Counted from the first letter of the stretch, positions 29,965 to 44,620 are shown. The stretch: 64,000 nt of DNA from Octopus vulgaris (GCA_951406725.2 OX597839.1:6696001-6760000); one strand, 5' to 3'. Notes: generated by a model from the sequence alone, not told the origin. Translations and numbers: made by a program.

Positions 29965-30200
29965 GCAAGTCAATGGGACGTTAACAGTGAATATTATTAG
30001 TCTAACGTTCAAAGAAAGTTATAGAGGAAAATATATAGAGGCGTAAATATATGACGTTTCGGATTTAGTCCTTTGTCGGAGAATCAGAGGAGAATCCAGA
30101 AAAGAGAAGAATCCAGAGAAGAGGAGAATCCAGAGAAGAGGAGAAAGAGAAAAGATGAGGAGATAAGAACGGAGAGTCAGAAATAAATGCACGTGGATAT
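29965..30200 (-). mobile_element. Diverged PH-related element
   Basis: TATTAGTCTAACGTTCA matches PH1 TATTAGTATAACGCTCA; minus strand CCGACAA-A-GGActaaaTCC-GAAA-CG-TC; three 17-bp tandem units GAGAATCCAGAGAAGAG. Confidence 0.6.
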
Positions 30201-30295
30201 CTACATGATCGAATAGCAACAGACGGGAAGTTGTATAGAGAAAATGAAAATGTGGTTTTCGAACTCAGAAGAGTGCATAAGTGGTACTTGTTGGA

Positions 30296-30340
<45 letters not shown>

Positions 30341-30839
30341 TGTGTATGTGTGTGTGTGTTTATAAGTGTTGGTGAGTATATATATCTGTGTGTGGACAAG
30401 AAGAAAAAGAGAAATAGAGTGAGAATTTTAAGAGAGAGGATAGGAGAAGTAAAGGAAAGACATAAAAAATATGGAGTTTATGTTGGGGTTTCCAGCGTTC
30501 TAGATTTATTTTCTATTTCTGTGTCTAACTCAGGGTCTTCGCAGTCATGGCCTACCTCACTCTTGAATTCTTTCTCCTCCTCTTCCTCCTGACCAACATC
30601 ATCGTGGGTCATTTTTCTCCTCCTCCTTTCTGTGATCATCATCATGATCTTTCTCCCACTATTTATCACCCTCATCCTCCTCATCATCATATCACCTTCC
30701 TCCTCTTCTTCGTCGTCGTCTTCCCTACTCCGCATCCTCTGCTTCCCCATCATCATAATCAGCATCATCGATCACCTTAATCCTCATCATCCTCATTGCA
30801 ATCATCATCATCATTATAATCATTATCTCTGTGATCATT

Positions 30840-30942
30840 ATCAACATCATCACTATATTCATCATTGTCATAACCATAATTTTTGTCATCATCATCATCT
30901 TCACCATTGTCGTTGTCGTCCCCATCATCATCACCATCATCC

Positions 30943-30982
<40 letters not shown>

Positions 30983-31012
30983 CACCATCACCATCACCAT
31001 CATCATCATCAT

Positions 31013-31059
<47 letters not shown>

Positions 31060-31090
31060 ACATCATCAATATCATCATCATCATCACTGC
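30840..31090. repeat. (CAT)n microsatellite
   Basis: Directly visible. Confidence 0.92.
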
Positions 31091-31758
31091 TACAAAAAAT
31101 TCCATTACCGACCCCACCACATGAATGTCACCGCTAGCTATACCACCCTCACCACCACCACCATCTACATCACCACCACAACCACCACCACCACCAACAC
31201 CTCCACCACCAGTACCACCACTGCATTCAACAACAACGAGAGTCCTACTGCCAATGCTTCCATCTTTCTACGAATCCACTCTCTCTCTCTAATGGCCATC
31301 ACCACCGACGTTATCGGCACAAAAAAAACCTTTCCTTCATTTATTTGTCGCCTTAAAAATTACCCTTGTGTTGTTGTTGCTGTTGCAGTTGTTGTTTTGG
31401 TCCTTTTTTTAATAAAAAATATTTCCCTTGTCCATTATTTGGTAGCCGAGGGAGGGACGAAAGAAGAAGAGAAAAAGAGTGATGGTGTTGAGTGAAGGAT
31501 TTGGTGTATGGCGAGGAGAAACAGAGGGGGAGAAAGAGAGGAGAAGGAAGAAAGAGAGAGAGAGAGAGAGCGAGAGAGCATATGTATGTGTGTTAGTATG
31601 TGTATATGTGTGTGTGGTGGGAAAGGTGGGAGAGGGCGCGATAGATGATTTGATAATTTCTTGATAATCAGAAATTTTCTGGAATCCATATCTGATGGAA
31701 AGCAGGGCATACATTTATGTATCTATGGTATGTATGTACGTATGTATTTGTGTGTGCG

Positions 31759-31816
<58 letters not shown>

Positions 31817-31898
31817 TGTAGATTAATGTCTAAGAGCGTGTGTGTCTGTGAGAAGCATGTTTGCACATACATCCATATACATACACAAGTACATATGT

Positions 31899-31900
<2 letters not shown>

Positions 31901-31958
<58 letters not shown>

Positions 31959-31981
31959 TAATAATAATAATAATAATAATG

Positions 31982-32076
<95 letters not shown>

Positions 32077-32100
32077 TAATAATAATAATACTAATAATGA
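31901..32100. repeat. (AAT)n microsatellite
   Basis: Directly visible. Confidence 0.96.
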
Positions 32101-32305
32101 TAAGAGCACTCAGAGAGCTCAAACCTCCGCCAAGATAACAACAACGTCCTCTCAACGATTAGCTGGAGATGAATTTTAAAATGAGAATATCTGAAATAAA
32201 CTCCACTGTTCTCACAAACGAGAATATTAAAAATGAACCCGACCGCTCCCAAAAGTAAAGTAAAAAAACCCCCGCTAAAATACTCCAGAATCCTTGTCCA
32301 GTCCC
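32101..32305 (-). mobile_element. Helentron/HINE-like terminus
   Basis: AAGAGCACTCAGAGAGCTCAAACCTCCGCCAAG: terminal hairpin plus CCTCCGCCAAG subTIR-like motif, recalled from Helentron-associated elements. Confidence 0.55.
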
Positions 32306-32414
32306 TGGTCGATCCCAATGGTAGTTATGGAATGTGAAGGTGGGTGTGAGGGCCGTGTTTGTATTGTTGTGTGTGTGTCGTCCACAGTGGGAACAGGGAC
32401 AGGTTTCTCTATGA

Positions 32415-32630
32415 AGGCCGTTTTTTAGTCTATCCACTGAGATAGTGTCTTTACGACTATTAAGGTCTATAGTGAAAAATTTATCCATTCGTGAATGTAA
32501 ACGGAAAGGACCTGTATTGCAGTGCTGTTAAAGGAGGTTTAACATCGTTGCGCACAAAAACGAGAGTCCAAGAAGTAGGGAGGTTTAACAACATCGTTGC
32601 GCACAAAAATGAGAGTCCAAGAGGTAAAGC
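32415..32630 (-). pseudogene. Ty3/gypsy integrase C-terminal (GPY/F) fragment
   Basis: Frameshifted VFVRNDVKPPLT..TGPFRLHSRMDKFFTIDLNSRKDTISVDRLK; contains a ~46-bp tandem duplication (32533-32622). Confidence 0.8.
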
Positions 32631-32796
32631 TTTCTTCAAAGCAGAGCTAGAAATGCAATAGTCAAATAAGTAAGAGGTTTTAAACAGGAGTGAAAAATAA
32701 AAATCTGGTAAAACTAAAAATTGCCGAGGATAAATTAAATTTAATATTGTTACTGAATATGTTAGTGTTATTTAATTTCTGAATGGTTTTGCTGCC

Positions 32797-32959
<163 letters not shown>

Positions 32960-32966
32960 ACATATG

Positions 32967-33435
32967 TAGGGAGAGTTTACGAAAAAAACAAAAGACGAAG
33001 ACAGGTGGTGTACAAAACAAACAGATGTATTAGTATAACGCTCAGGAATAGAAAAAGTCTTTTACGTTTCGAGCCTACGCTCTTCTACAGAAAGGGACAC
33101 AGAAAAAACAAGGAGAGAAACAAGGAGAGAAAAAATGTGTGTAGTGGCTATATATATAGCCACTAGCTCCTCTGTGTTTGGGGTCATCTTTACCTTGTTA
33201 CCTCCCCTACTTTCCCTCTCCTGTCTGACCTCTTTCTCCGGCACTAGTCGCCATGATAGATCGTTAGCCACTACACACATTTTTTTCTCTCCTTGTTTTT
33301 CTGTGTACCTTTCTGTAGAAGAGCGTAGGCTCGAAACGTAAAAGACATTTTCTATTCCTGAGCGTTATACTAATACATCTGTTTGTTTTGTACACCACCT
33401 GTCTTCGTCTTTTGTTTTTTTTTTTCGTAAACTTT

Positions 33436-33440
<5 letters not shown>
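32967..33440. mobile_element. Two inverted PH1 copies
   Basis: 32967-33150 is the reverse complement of 33265-33440; hammerhead-like motifs at 33059-33094 (-) and 33309-33344 (+). Confidence 0.85.
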
Positions 33441-33520
<80 letters not shown>

Positions 33521-33531
33521 GTAGGTAGATG

Positions 33532-33581
<50 letters not shown>

Positions 33582-33758
33582 GAGATAGAGAGATACAAGT
33601 ACGCATACCCCTTCACAAACGCCCGCTGTCGACGTGACCTACGTTTCTCTTCACATCTGTCACTAGTTTCCTACATACTTTAAACGTGTACATGTATTCT
33701 ATCGGTGTATGCCTGTAAATTTGTTACTATTAAACTTTTTATCTTTTTTTATTGTCCG

Positions 33759-33811
<53 letters not shown>

Positions 33812-34239
33812 TCTTCTTCTTCTTCTTCTTCTTCGTCTTCGTCTTCTTGTTTCTTCTTCTTCATCTTCATCTTCTTCTTCACCTTCTTCATCATCTACTT
33901 TTTTCTTTTTCTTTACCTTCTCCAGCACACTACCTTCCTCATCCCTCACACCTACCCCTCACTACGGCAACCACGACCACCACTGACAACAACATTCTCC
34001 TTCTCCTCTTAATCCATCATTACCTGGATCGCTATTACTATCGCCAAATACAAACTCAACGGCCATTATTGCAAACCCTGATTCCTCTTCCCCACCTCAT
34101 GTACATCGTTGTGACATTCTCCTCATCATCATCAACATCATCGTCGTCATCGTAGTCGTTGCCGTCCTTCTCCTTCTCATCATCATCATCACCACTGTTA
34201 TCACAATCATAGTTATCATTACAGCACAGCAACAGCAGA

Positions 34240-34590
34240 TTCATCACCATCACCAACACAACAAGCACCAATACCATCATCACCACCACCACAACCACCA
34301 CCACCACCACCACCACCACCACCGCCACCGCCGCCGACGCCGCCACCGCTACCACCTCCACCTCCAGCACTGCCGCCACCACCAATGCAACTACCACCGC
34401 CGCCGCTGCCGCCGCCGTCGCCGCCCCCACCGTCGCCGCCGCCACCACCACCACCACCACCACCACCACCACCACCACTACCACCATCACGACCACCACC
34501 ACCACTACCACCATCACTACCCCCACCACCACCACCGCCGAAACCACCACCACCACCACCACCACCGAAACCACCACCACCACCACCACC

Positions 34591-34655
<65 letters not shown>
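34240..34655. repeat. (CAC)/(CGC)/(CAT) array
   Basis: Directly visible. Confidence 0.92.
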
Positions 34656-34656
<1 letters not shown>

Positions 34657-35043
34657 GCATCGTTATCAGCCATCATCTTCTGTCATGCAATATCACTGAT
34701 CAAAGAGCAGAAAAAAGTTGCTATCAAAATTTCACATCATACAAGCTCAGGCTGGAACCCCCCTTCAAAAAACACACAACAAAAACAAAAAAAAAACAAA
34801 AACAACAACAACAACAACGACGACGACAGCAACAACAACAGCAGCAAAAAACAACAGAAACCCCCGGTATCATAAAACATATAAATATAATAACATCAAG
34901 CAGGATGTTTGCTGATAACGCTTGGCCGGACAGATTTGGACAGAAATGAGATGAAAACGTCGTATGAAGAGATAAATGTAAAACTAACATATGTCAATGT
35001 GTGTCCTTCTTTCTTTCCTTCTTTTTTCTCTTTCTGCCCCTCT

Positions 35044-35086
<43 letters not shown>

Positions 35087-35134
35087 GAGAGAGGAGAGAG
35101 AGAGAGAGAGAGAGAAAGTGACATACATATATAC

Positions 35135-35315
35135 ATATATAGGCATGTATGTTTATTTAAGTTTGAACACACATACCTATACACATATGATATACACATG
35201 CTTGTATATATATATATATATACACATATATATATATATACATACATACATACATACATATATAGGCATGTATATACATTTAAGTTTGAACACACATACC
35301 TATACACATATGATA
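35135..35315. repeat. Tandem duplication, period ~123 bp
   Basis: TATAGGCATGTAT..TTTAAGTTTGAACACACATACCTATACACATATGATAT occurs twice. Confidence 0.85.
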
Positions 35316-35329
35316 TGTGTATAGGTATG

Positions 35330-35383
<54 letters not shown>

Positions 35384-35514
35384 TATATATATATACATAC
35401 ATACATACATACATACATGCAAGCAAACACACACACGAATAGACACACACACACACACACTCACACGCATATATAGTTAGATACATACATGCATAGATAA
35501 ATAGATAGATAAAC

Positions 35515-35563
<49 letters not shown>

Positions 35564-35874
35564 CAGAGGGAGAAAGAGAGAGAAGCGTATACATACATTC
35601 ACGCATACAACCATTGTATGTATATATATGTATGAATATGTGTGTGTATATGTGTGCATGTACGTGTGTGTGTCGTGTGTGTATCAATGTGTGTGTGCTT
35701 GTATGAATTTATGATTATAATTAAAAAATGAAAGTGAAACATAATTATTGAAAATAAACTTCTTTCAAATTCTCTTCTCCTTTTAAACCTTTATCTCTCT
35801 GAGTAAACAGGTGTATGTATGTATATGCGCATGCGTGTATGTTTATATAGATACGCACACATAGACATACGCAC

Positions 35875-35940
<66 letters not shown>

Positions 35941-35941
35941 G

Positions 35942-35992
<51 letters not shown>

Positions 35993-36030
35993 TTATCTAT
36001 CTCTTTTGCTTTCTCTTTCACTTTGTCTAT

Positions 36031-36064
<34 letters not shown>

Positions 36065-36073
36065 TCTATTATT

Positions 36074-36283
36074 CTTTTATTCTTTTACTTGTTTTAGTCA
36101 TTTGACTGCGACCATGCTGGGGTACCGCATTTACTTGAGCAAATCGACCCCAGGACTTAATCTTTGTAAGCCTAGTACTTATTATTCTGTCGCTCTTTCT
36201 TCCCGAACCGCTAAGTTTCGCAGGCGTAAACACATCAGCATCGGTTGTCAAGTGTTGTTGGGTGGGGCAAACACAGAGACATA

Positions 36284-36324
<41 letters not shown>

Positions 36325-36570
36325 ACACATATATATACATATACGACGGGCTTCTTTCAGTTTCCGTCTACGAAATCCACTCAGAAGGCTTTGGTCACAC
36401 CGAGGATATAGTAGAAAACTCTTCCCCAACGTGCCACGGGTTGGGACTGAACTCGGCTTACGAATTATGTCCTGGGGTCGATTTGTTCGACTAAACCCTT
36501 TCAACGCGGTGCTCCAATATGGCCGAAGTCAAATGGCTAACACAAATAAATCAAAAAGGACTAAAAGAAA
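36074..36570 (-). mobile_element. SINE A (5'-truncated) joined to an inverted SINE A tail
   Basis: Minus copy 36074-36456; plus-strand tail 36455-36570. Confidence 0.82.
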
Positions 36571-36778
36571 GTGTATTATATTATGTATGCACATAGAAAG
36601 TGTATATTGAAAGAGAAAGGAGCATAATCGGCTTGTTATTTGCTCGTATGATGATGTTGACATGAAATACGAAACGTTAAGTGACAGGAAAAATTTTACT
36701 GGACTGTAAAGCAAAAATAATTAAAAAAAAGAAATTGAGGAAAAAGCACAAACGAAAGTTTATCTATAAGTACGTATG

Positions 36779-36819
<41 letters not shown>

Positions 36820-36828
36820 GTATGTATA

Positions 36829-36884
<56 letters not shown>

Positions 36885-37039
36885 TATACTCACACATATA
36901 TATGTACATATAAATATACATATATATTTGCATACATCTATATATGTATGTAATATATATTCTCGCACACATATACACACACTCATGCACACACATTTAT
37001 ATATATTTATGTATGTATATGTATATAGATATATTTATG

Positions 37040-37145
<106 letters not shown>

Positions 37146-37717
37146 TGCTTGCGTTATTTTATCAGCAAGCAAACAGAAAAATGTTCATTTTAAATTATAC
37201 GATTGTGCCTCGGGGAGGCAGGCAGAAAAGGATTGGCTTCCATATTTTCTTTCTTCATTGTTCTTTCTTCCTTTCCTTCCTTCTGCCCCCTCTCCCCTTC
37301 TCTCTCTCCCTGTCATTGTTTATTTATACAATTATTAGTATATGTGCAACACATTCTCAGCGGGAGTACAGTCGAGAGATCAACGCACGGAATATACAGT
37401 TCTTATAGAGACGGAGCAGTGACTCTATGTGTGATGTGACAGGGCGTTGTTTACGATTTTCCCGGGGCTGGGCTTTAGATTTGAATCTGATTGCGTGTAT
37501 GTGTATGTGTGTGTGTGTGTGTGTGTATGTGTGTGTGTGTGTCTGTGTCTGTGTGTGTATTTGCTATATGTCTGCATGTGTGTATGCGAGTTTATGTGAG
37601 TGCAAAGAAATTTTACTGAACAGATCGCCTGCTGTGAACACGTTATATTCGAATGCAAATGTGTTTGTATACGTGCTCCAGTATGACCGCCGCCGCCTGG
37701 ATGAAACAAATAAAAGA

Positions 37718-37765
<48 letters not shown>

Positions 37766-37840
37766 ATATATACATACATACATATATATATATGTATACA
37801 TATATACATATACATACATATACATATATTCATATACATA

Positions 37841-37894
<54 letters not shown>

Positions 37895-37928
37895 CACACA
37901 CATATATATGTATGTATGTAGATAGATA

Positions 37929-38325
37929 GATAAAGCTTACATGGAAGAGGATGCGTGGCGTTCAATCATATAATGATATACATAATATATATGCATATAT
38001 ATATATTATGTATATATAATACATATATACATACGTATATGTACATACATCTATACGTATATATATATATATATATATAAGCATATGTGGGCACAGGACG
38101 TCATGAAATGTGTACAAAAAAAAATACGAAGCACGAGTACATAGAACATGAACTATTCTTTCGAACAACGAAATACAAACAATATAAAGATCGACCCTTC
38201 ATAAGTTGTTGGCTGTTGTCCTAGTCTCGTATTTCGAGCATTTAACAACGATATACGCTTTCGGAAGCAAATAAAATACAATTTGGGATTTTGCGGAGGG
38301 TAACACAAACAGGACAGTGAAGACA
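37929..38325 (-). mobile_element. Family F element
   Basis: 46-bp motif, TA tract, then GGGCACAGGACGTC..CCCTTCAT(A)AGTTG..ATTTCGAGCA. Confidence 0.65.
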
Positions 38326-38929
38326 ATATATATATATGTATATATATATATATGTATCACTGACCAAGAGAGGGCTCTTAGTAGCTAACTCTGAAATCGG
38401 TCCGATATGGTAATAATGGAATTTTTCAGAAATTTCTGTCGACCTTTTTTCGAGTAGCGTGCGTATTGAGAAAAAAATCATATGGTTAATGGACGATATG
38501 TCCAATTTTTCGGCATATTTGGCATTAGAAATTTTTTCCTTTGCCCTCATTTATGAATTGTTTATAAATTTAACCGTTAAAGGTATTTTTTAATATGCTG
38601 GCCATTGATAAAATTTTTTCGAGAAAATATTTTTTTTTTCGAAAAGAATTTTATCCTCACATTTGATATATATATATATATATCATCGTCAAAGGTACGA
38701 AGCTGAATATTACCAATTAATCGATAACTGACTAAGAATTACAGACCTTTTGTTCGTCTCCTGTTCGTTTTTACATTCAGTATATGTTACTTCGTTGTGT
38801 TAATATATTAGGTATTTAAAGGGAAAATTTGTCAAGTCAGTCAGTCACCGGCTGACACTCGCTGACGATACATCGAAGAGGCCATGGAACAAAAGAAAGA
38901 AGAAGAATACAGAAGACATGCACCCAACA

Positions 38930-39085
38930 CCAGAGCTGAAGACCCCTCCGAAAGGGGGGCGCCACGTCAAAACGGTAGAGGCGTAGGGGCCGAAACCGGA
39001 CGTGGTTCCTCCTGATGATGTCTTGAGCTAACTGGATCCTATAAAGGAGCTGTTGTGGTAGCAGACCACGAAACACGGTTGTAAT
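38930..39085 (+). ncRNA. Two tandem hammerhead-like cores
   Basis: CTGAAGA(38936)..GAAA(38992)CCGGAC and CTGATGA(39012)..GAAA(39070)CACGGTT; stem I pairing is poor. Confidence 0.5.
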
Positions 39086-39575
39086 TCCTATATGTGGTAG
39101 TGGGGTTGCGTCAGGTTCTATGCTGAGTTGCAACAGAGAGACTAGTTCAATGCATTTTATCTCTGCGTTAGTATCGACTAATCATTCTTCTGAAGGCCAA
39201 CACTAAATGAATACATATATAAAAATCTTCCTGGAGCAGGGGGGATGAAAAAGCCGTTAAGCGAAACTTTAAGTTTCTGTCAGTCATCTCTTTTGCATTA
39301 AATTTCACTCTGCTTTCGATAATGAGTCTTCCTATCAGTAAATTATTACTTTTCAACTACTTTGAAGATAACAATCCCTCTGTATACACTTATATATACA
39401 CATGTACCCACATATGTATGTATTTATCTATGTACGTATGTGTGTGTGTATATATATATATATGTGCGTATACATACATATGTTTGTATGTATGTACACA
39501 TCTATACATATACACACACTCATTAATATATAGGTATCTATACTTATGAATATAGCTCTGTAACTGCCTGCATGT

Positions 39576-39643
<68 letters not shown>

Positions 39644-39738
39644 TGCATAGCGTGTGTGCGTATACCCTCGAATCTGGTGCGTATATGTATATATTTGCAT
39701 GTACGTATGTAGAAGGTTCTTTGTACTTGTGTGTGTGT

Positions 39739-39769
<31 letters not shown>

Positions 39770-40109
39770 CACACATGCACACACATATGTACCAATGAGG
39801 CTGTGTGATTATGTGCCTATATTTGTATGTAGAGATGGAAACGGCGCTATAGTACAAGTGAGGTAAAGATAAAGCAAGGGGAGTGTCTGTTACACCCTAG
39901 CGGTACACCGGCCTATCCTACCTCCCCCACACCAATCCACCCTTCTTATTGCCATTCCACGATGCCCATCCCCAAGCACCCCGGGATTCGAAAGAAAATA
40001 AACTAGAGGAACATCTGATCGTCATGAGAAAAAACTACACTAAAAAAACAAAGGACAAATTTCAATTCTTTCCACACCTCTCGCGTAATAATACGGACAA
40101 CACAACCAG

Positions 40110-40112
40110 ATG

Positions 40113-40188
<76 letters not shown>

Positions 40189-40225
40189 TAATAATAATAA
40201 TAATAATAATAACAATAATAATAAC

Positions 40226-40278
<53 letters not shown>

Positions 40279-40285
40279 CAATAAA

Positions 40286-40318
<33 letters not shown>

Positions 40319-40383
40319 CAATGATAATAATAATAATGATGATGATGATGATGATGATGATAATAATAGTAATGATAATAATC

Positions 40384-40426
<43 letters not shown>

Positions 40427-40434
40427 CGATAATA

Positions 40435-40465
<31 letters not shown>

Positions 40466-40497
40466 TGACAATAATAATAGTAATAATAATAATAATT

Positions 40498-40528
<31 letters not shown>

Positions 40529-40542
40529 TAATAACAATAGTA

Positions 40543-40597
<55 letters not shown>

Positions 40598-40613
40598 TGA
40601 TGATGATAATAAC

Positions 40614-40645
<32 letters not shown>

Positions 40646-40689
40646 TAATAACAATAGTAGTAGTAGTAGTAGTAGTAATAATAATAATG

Positions 40690-40772
<83 letters not shown>

Positions 40773-40835
40773 TATACTAATAATAATAATGACAATAATA
40801 ATAATAACAACAATAATAATAATAATAATAATAGT
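40110..40835. repeat. Long imperfect (AAT)n array
   Basis: Directly visible. Confidence 0.97.
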
Positions 40836-41198
40836 AATGGTTTCTTTGTTTCTTTGTTAATCACAAAGGGGTTTACATTATTAAAAAAAAATTATGAAAA
40901 GTATAATATAAATGATGACGATGATAAAAATAATCGTAATGAAAATAATGGACGTTAATTAAAGGAACAAAAACATACAAACTGGATTAAACGTTGATAT
41001 TAATCTGTTTTATAAGAATCAAGTTCTTGTTTGGTTTTTGTTATTCTTATTCTCATTCTAATTGTTATCGTTATTTTTTTTTTATTATTATATATAAACT
41101 GCGATATATTCTCTTTTAGAACATGCAACATATGATACATAGATACATAGCTAAATACATACAAACATACATACACACACATATATATATATACATAC

Positions 41199-41307
<109 letters not shown>

Positions 41308-41365
41308 CATACATACATACATACATATATGTATGTATATATATATATGTACGTATGTATGTATA

Positions 41366-41425
41366 TAGTACTTGCTCCACGTCCTCGCGTTATTGTGTTT
41401 GTTACTTGTTCTTGTTTGGATTGAC
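41366..41425 (+). mobile_element. PH2 3' fragment
   Basis: TCCACGTCCTCGCGTTATTGTG..GTTTGGATTGAC followed by (TA)n. Confidence 0.7.
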
Positions 41426-41617
41426 TATATATATATATATATATTTAAATATGTATATATGTATGTATATATATATATATATTACCTTTCATCTTTTGTT
41501 CGTTTCATTCATGACACTGCGGCCACGTTGTTGTACCGATTTGAAGTATTTTTAGTGAGACGACAGTGATGGGGGGAGGGGGACAAACGTACAGGCACGC
41601 ACGCAGGCGCGCGCACA

Positions 41618-41674
<57 letters not shown>

Positions 41675-42093
41675 CAAATACATTTAAATAACTAAGAACA
41701 AAAGTAACTGTCGTCATATTTCCATGCTGGTATTCAACTTCTAGACACGAACGTCTACGACTGACATACTTTCGAGAGAACATGAAGAAATTATTTTTAG
41801 GAACTGAATCTCGAATTTCATATAAAACTATTATTCATATTTCTATATATATATACTTCGAGATCCAGTGTAGAATTTATTTCAAATTGGCAGTGGTCCG
41901 CGGTAGCACTACCAGGCTAGAGATTTCTAGAATTTGTCCATGATAATTTATGTCTGAAGGGTTCTCCAAAAAAAGCAGCTAATTAATCTTCGACAACGTT
42001 TAGCGTATCTCCGAGAACCCATCGTTCTTATTGTGAAGGTGATGAAGACGTTCATGATAAATGCATAAAGATTTTAGTAAAATAAACCAGTGA

Positions 42094-42274
42094 AAGACGA
42101 AGACAGGTGGTGTAGAAAACAAACAGATGTATTAGTATAACGCTCAGGAATAGAAAAAAGTCTTTTACGTTTCGAGCCTACGCTCTTCTACAGAAAGGGA
42201 CACAGAAAAAAGGAGAGAATCAAAGAGAGAAAAAACTGTGTATAGTGGCTAACTATCTATCATGGCGTCTGACC
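42094..42274 (-). mobile_element. PH1 copy
   Basis: Homologous to 8113-8296. Confidence 0.82.
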
Positions 42275-42385
42275 TGTGTGCGTATATATATGTATATACG
42301 CACACACACATATACATTCATACGCATTTCTAGGTACAGAGAACACGATCACACCGAACACACGCACGCTCTCCACCACCACCCC

Positions 42386-42435
<50 letters not shown>

Positions 42436-42761
42436 GCAGAGTCACTGATTATGCTCGACCGACTGATGACCACAGTCACAATTAGCATGACCTGAAATGA
42501 CAGAGTAGACAGTATCAGCTGCGTCACAGGTCAGTGGACATGAGACGTCGCCATGAACAGGGCGGACAGCCATTTGATTAAAGGTAATCGCTTTCCGCCC
42601 TTATTCAGAAATCCGTGTGTGCTTGCATATATATTTCGGTGTATGCATATACGAGTGTAGATGTATGTACTTATGTGTGTGTGTATATATATATATCTGT
42701 GTGCGTGTATACTTGCGTGTATCAGTGTGCATCTATATATGTTTACCTATCTATCTATCTG

Positions 42762-42839
<78 letters not shown>

Positions 42840-42873
42840 AATTTCTCTCTCTCTATGTGTGTGTGTGTCTATG

Positions 42874-42921
<48 letters not shown>

Positions 42922-43020
42922 CATAAATGTATATGTGCAAATATATATATATTACATATGCTTGCACTCACACGTTTGCGTATAAATATATATATATAAA
43001 CAAAATGACTCTCCCTAGTC

Positions 43021-43085
<65 letters not shown>

Positions 43086-43723
43086 CATATATATACATAT
43101 AAATACATATATAGAGAGATGATAGATAGATAGATAGATAGAGAGATATGTGTATGTACGTGTGTGTATGTATGAGTGTTAGCGCTAAAATTTATACAAG
43201 TGTGAACGCGACTATACGCGTGTGATGTTGATGATGAGGATGATGATGATGATGACAACGATGGCGACGACGGACGACGACGTTGGTGATAATGATGATG
43301 ATGCTAATGGTGATGACGGTAGTGTGGTTAATGGCGTGGAAGTTCGTGGTCCAGGTGATACAGGTTTCTAATTGTAGTTTCGGTGAATTCACGGTCAATG
43401 CAGAAACATCTTATGGGTGGCTGAGGTAAGAATGGACGTAGTCATGACAACGGCGTATGCGTTCTTGGTTATAGGGAAATGGGATCCGAATGGAGATAGT
43501 GGTGAGGGACGTAATGGATCTCCCCTTACCCCCTCTTTTCATACCAACCTCCTATGTCCACTCACCTGTGACGCAGGTGAAACTACCTCCTATGTCATTT
43601 TTCGGTCGGGGCAAATTGAGTCTGCGGTCAACAGTCAATTTCCTTTTCTGTTTGGTGCGTTGGCTTGTGTTGATGCTTCTTTGCGCATGTGTGGCTGTGG
43701 ATATATGTATATATATGTTTGAA

Positions 43724-44137
43724 GGCGGTGAGCTGGCAGAATCGTTAGCACGCCGGGCGAAATGCGCAGCCGTATTTCGTCTGTCGTTACGTTTCGAGTT
43801 CAAATTCCGCCGTGGTCGACTTTGCCTTTCATCCTTTCAGGGTCGATAAATTAAGTACCAGTTACGCACTGGGGTCGATGTAATCGACTTAGTCCGTTTG
43901 TCTGTCCTTGTTTGTTCCCTCTGTGTTTAGCCCCTTGTGGGTAGTAAAGAAATAGGTATTTCGTCTGCCGTACGTTCTGAGTTCAAATTCCGCCGTGGTC
44001 GACTTTGCCTTTCATCCTTTCAGGGTCGAAAAATTAAGTACAAGTTACGCACTGGGGTCGATATAATCGACTTAATTCGTTTGTCTGTCCCTGTTTGTCC
44101 TCTCTGTGTTTAGCCCCTTGTTGGTAGTAAAGAAATA
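43724..44137 (+). mobile_element. SINE B full-length unit plus headless second unit
   Basis: Head GGCGGTGAGCTGGCAGAATCGTTAGCAC, B-box GAGTTCAAATTCC; second unit starts ~43955; central GCCTTTCATCCTTTC..GTCGATAAATTAAGTACC resembles the Meta/MESC domain (recalled, unverified). Confidence 0.92.
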
Positions 44138-44350
44138 CATATGTATATATGTGTATGGAGTGTATAGCGTGTTGGTGCATTTATGTGTGTATGTGTGCGT
44201 GCGTGCGAATATGCACGTGTATTCACAGTTATGCACTCACACACACACATACACACACACTCACACATGGTTGTGTGTGTGTGAGAATTCGTATTCGTGT
44301 TTGTATGTATTTCTGCATATTTATATGTATCAGTATTTATATCTATATAC

Positions 44351-44384
<34 letters not shown>

Positions 44385-44404
44385 CGTGTATGTGTATATA
44401 TTCT

Positions 44405-44620
44405 TTTATTCATTTATTCTTTCACTTGTTTCAGTCATTTGACTGTGGCCATGCTAGAGCACCGCCTTTAATCTAGCAAGTCGGGCCCCAGAGCTTATTC
44501 TTTGTAAGTCTAGTTCTTCTTCTATCGGGGTCTTTTTGCCGAACCGCAAAGTTACGAGGCCGTAAACGCACCAGCATTGGTTGTCAAGCGATGTTGGGAG
44601 GACAAACACAGACACACAAA
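44405..44620 (-). mobile_element. SINE A 3' half
   Basis: Reverse-complement tail. Confidence 0.85.

Noticed and set aside
42455-42500. CTGATGA as a hammerhead core
   Set aside because: No stem II closed by GAAA and no UH triplet in register
43417-43722. 101-aa ORF, or minus-strand exon with CAG|GTGAG donor
   Set aside because: No recognisable homology and a weak acceptor
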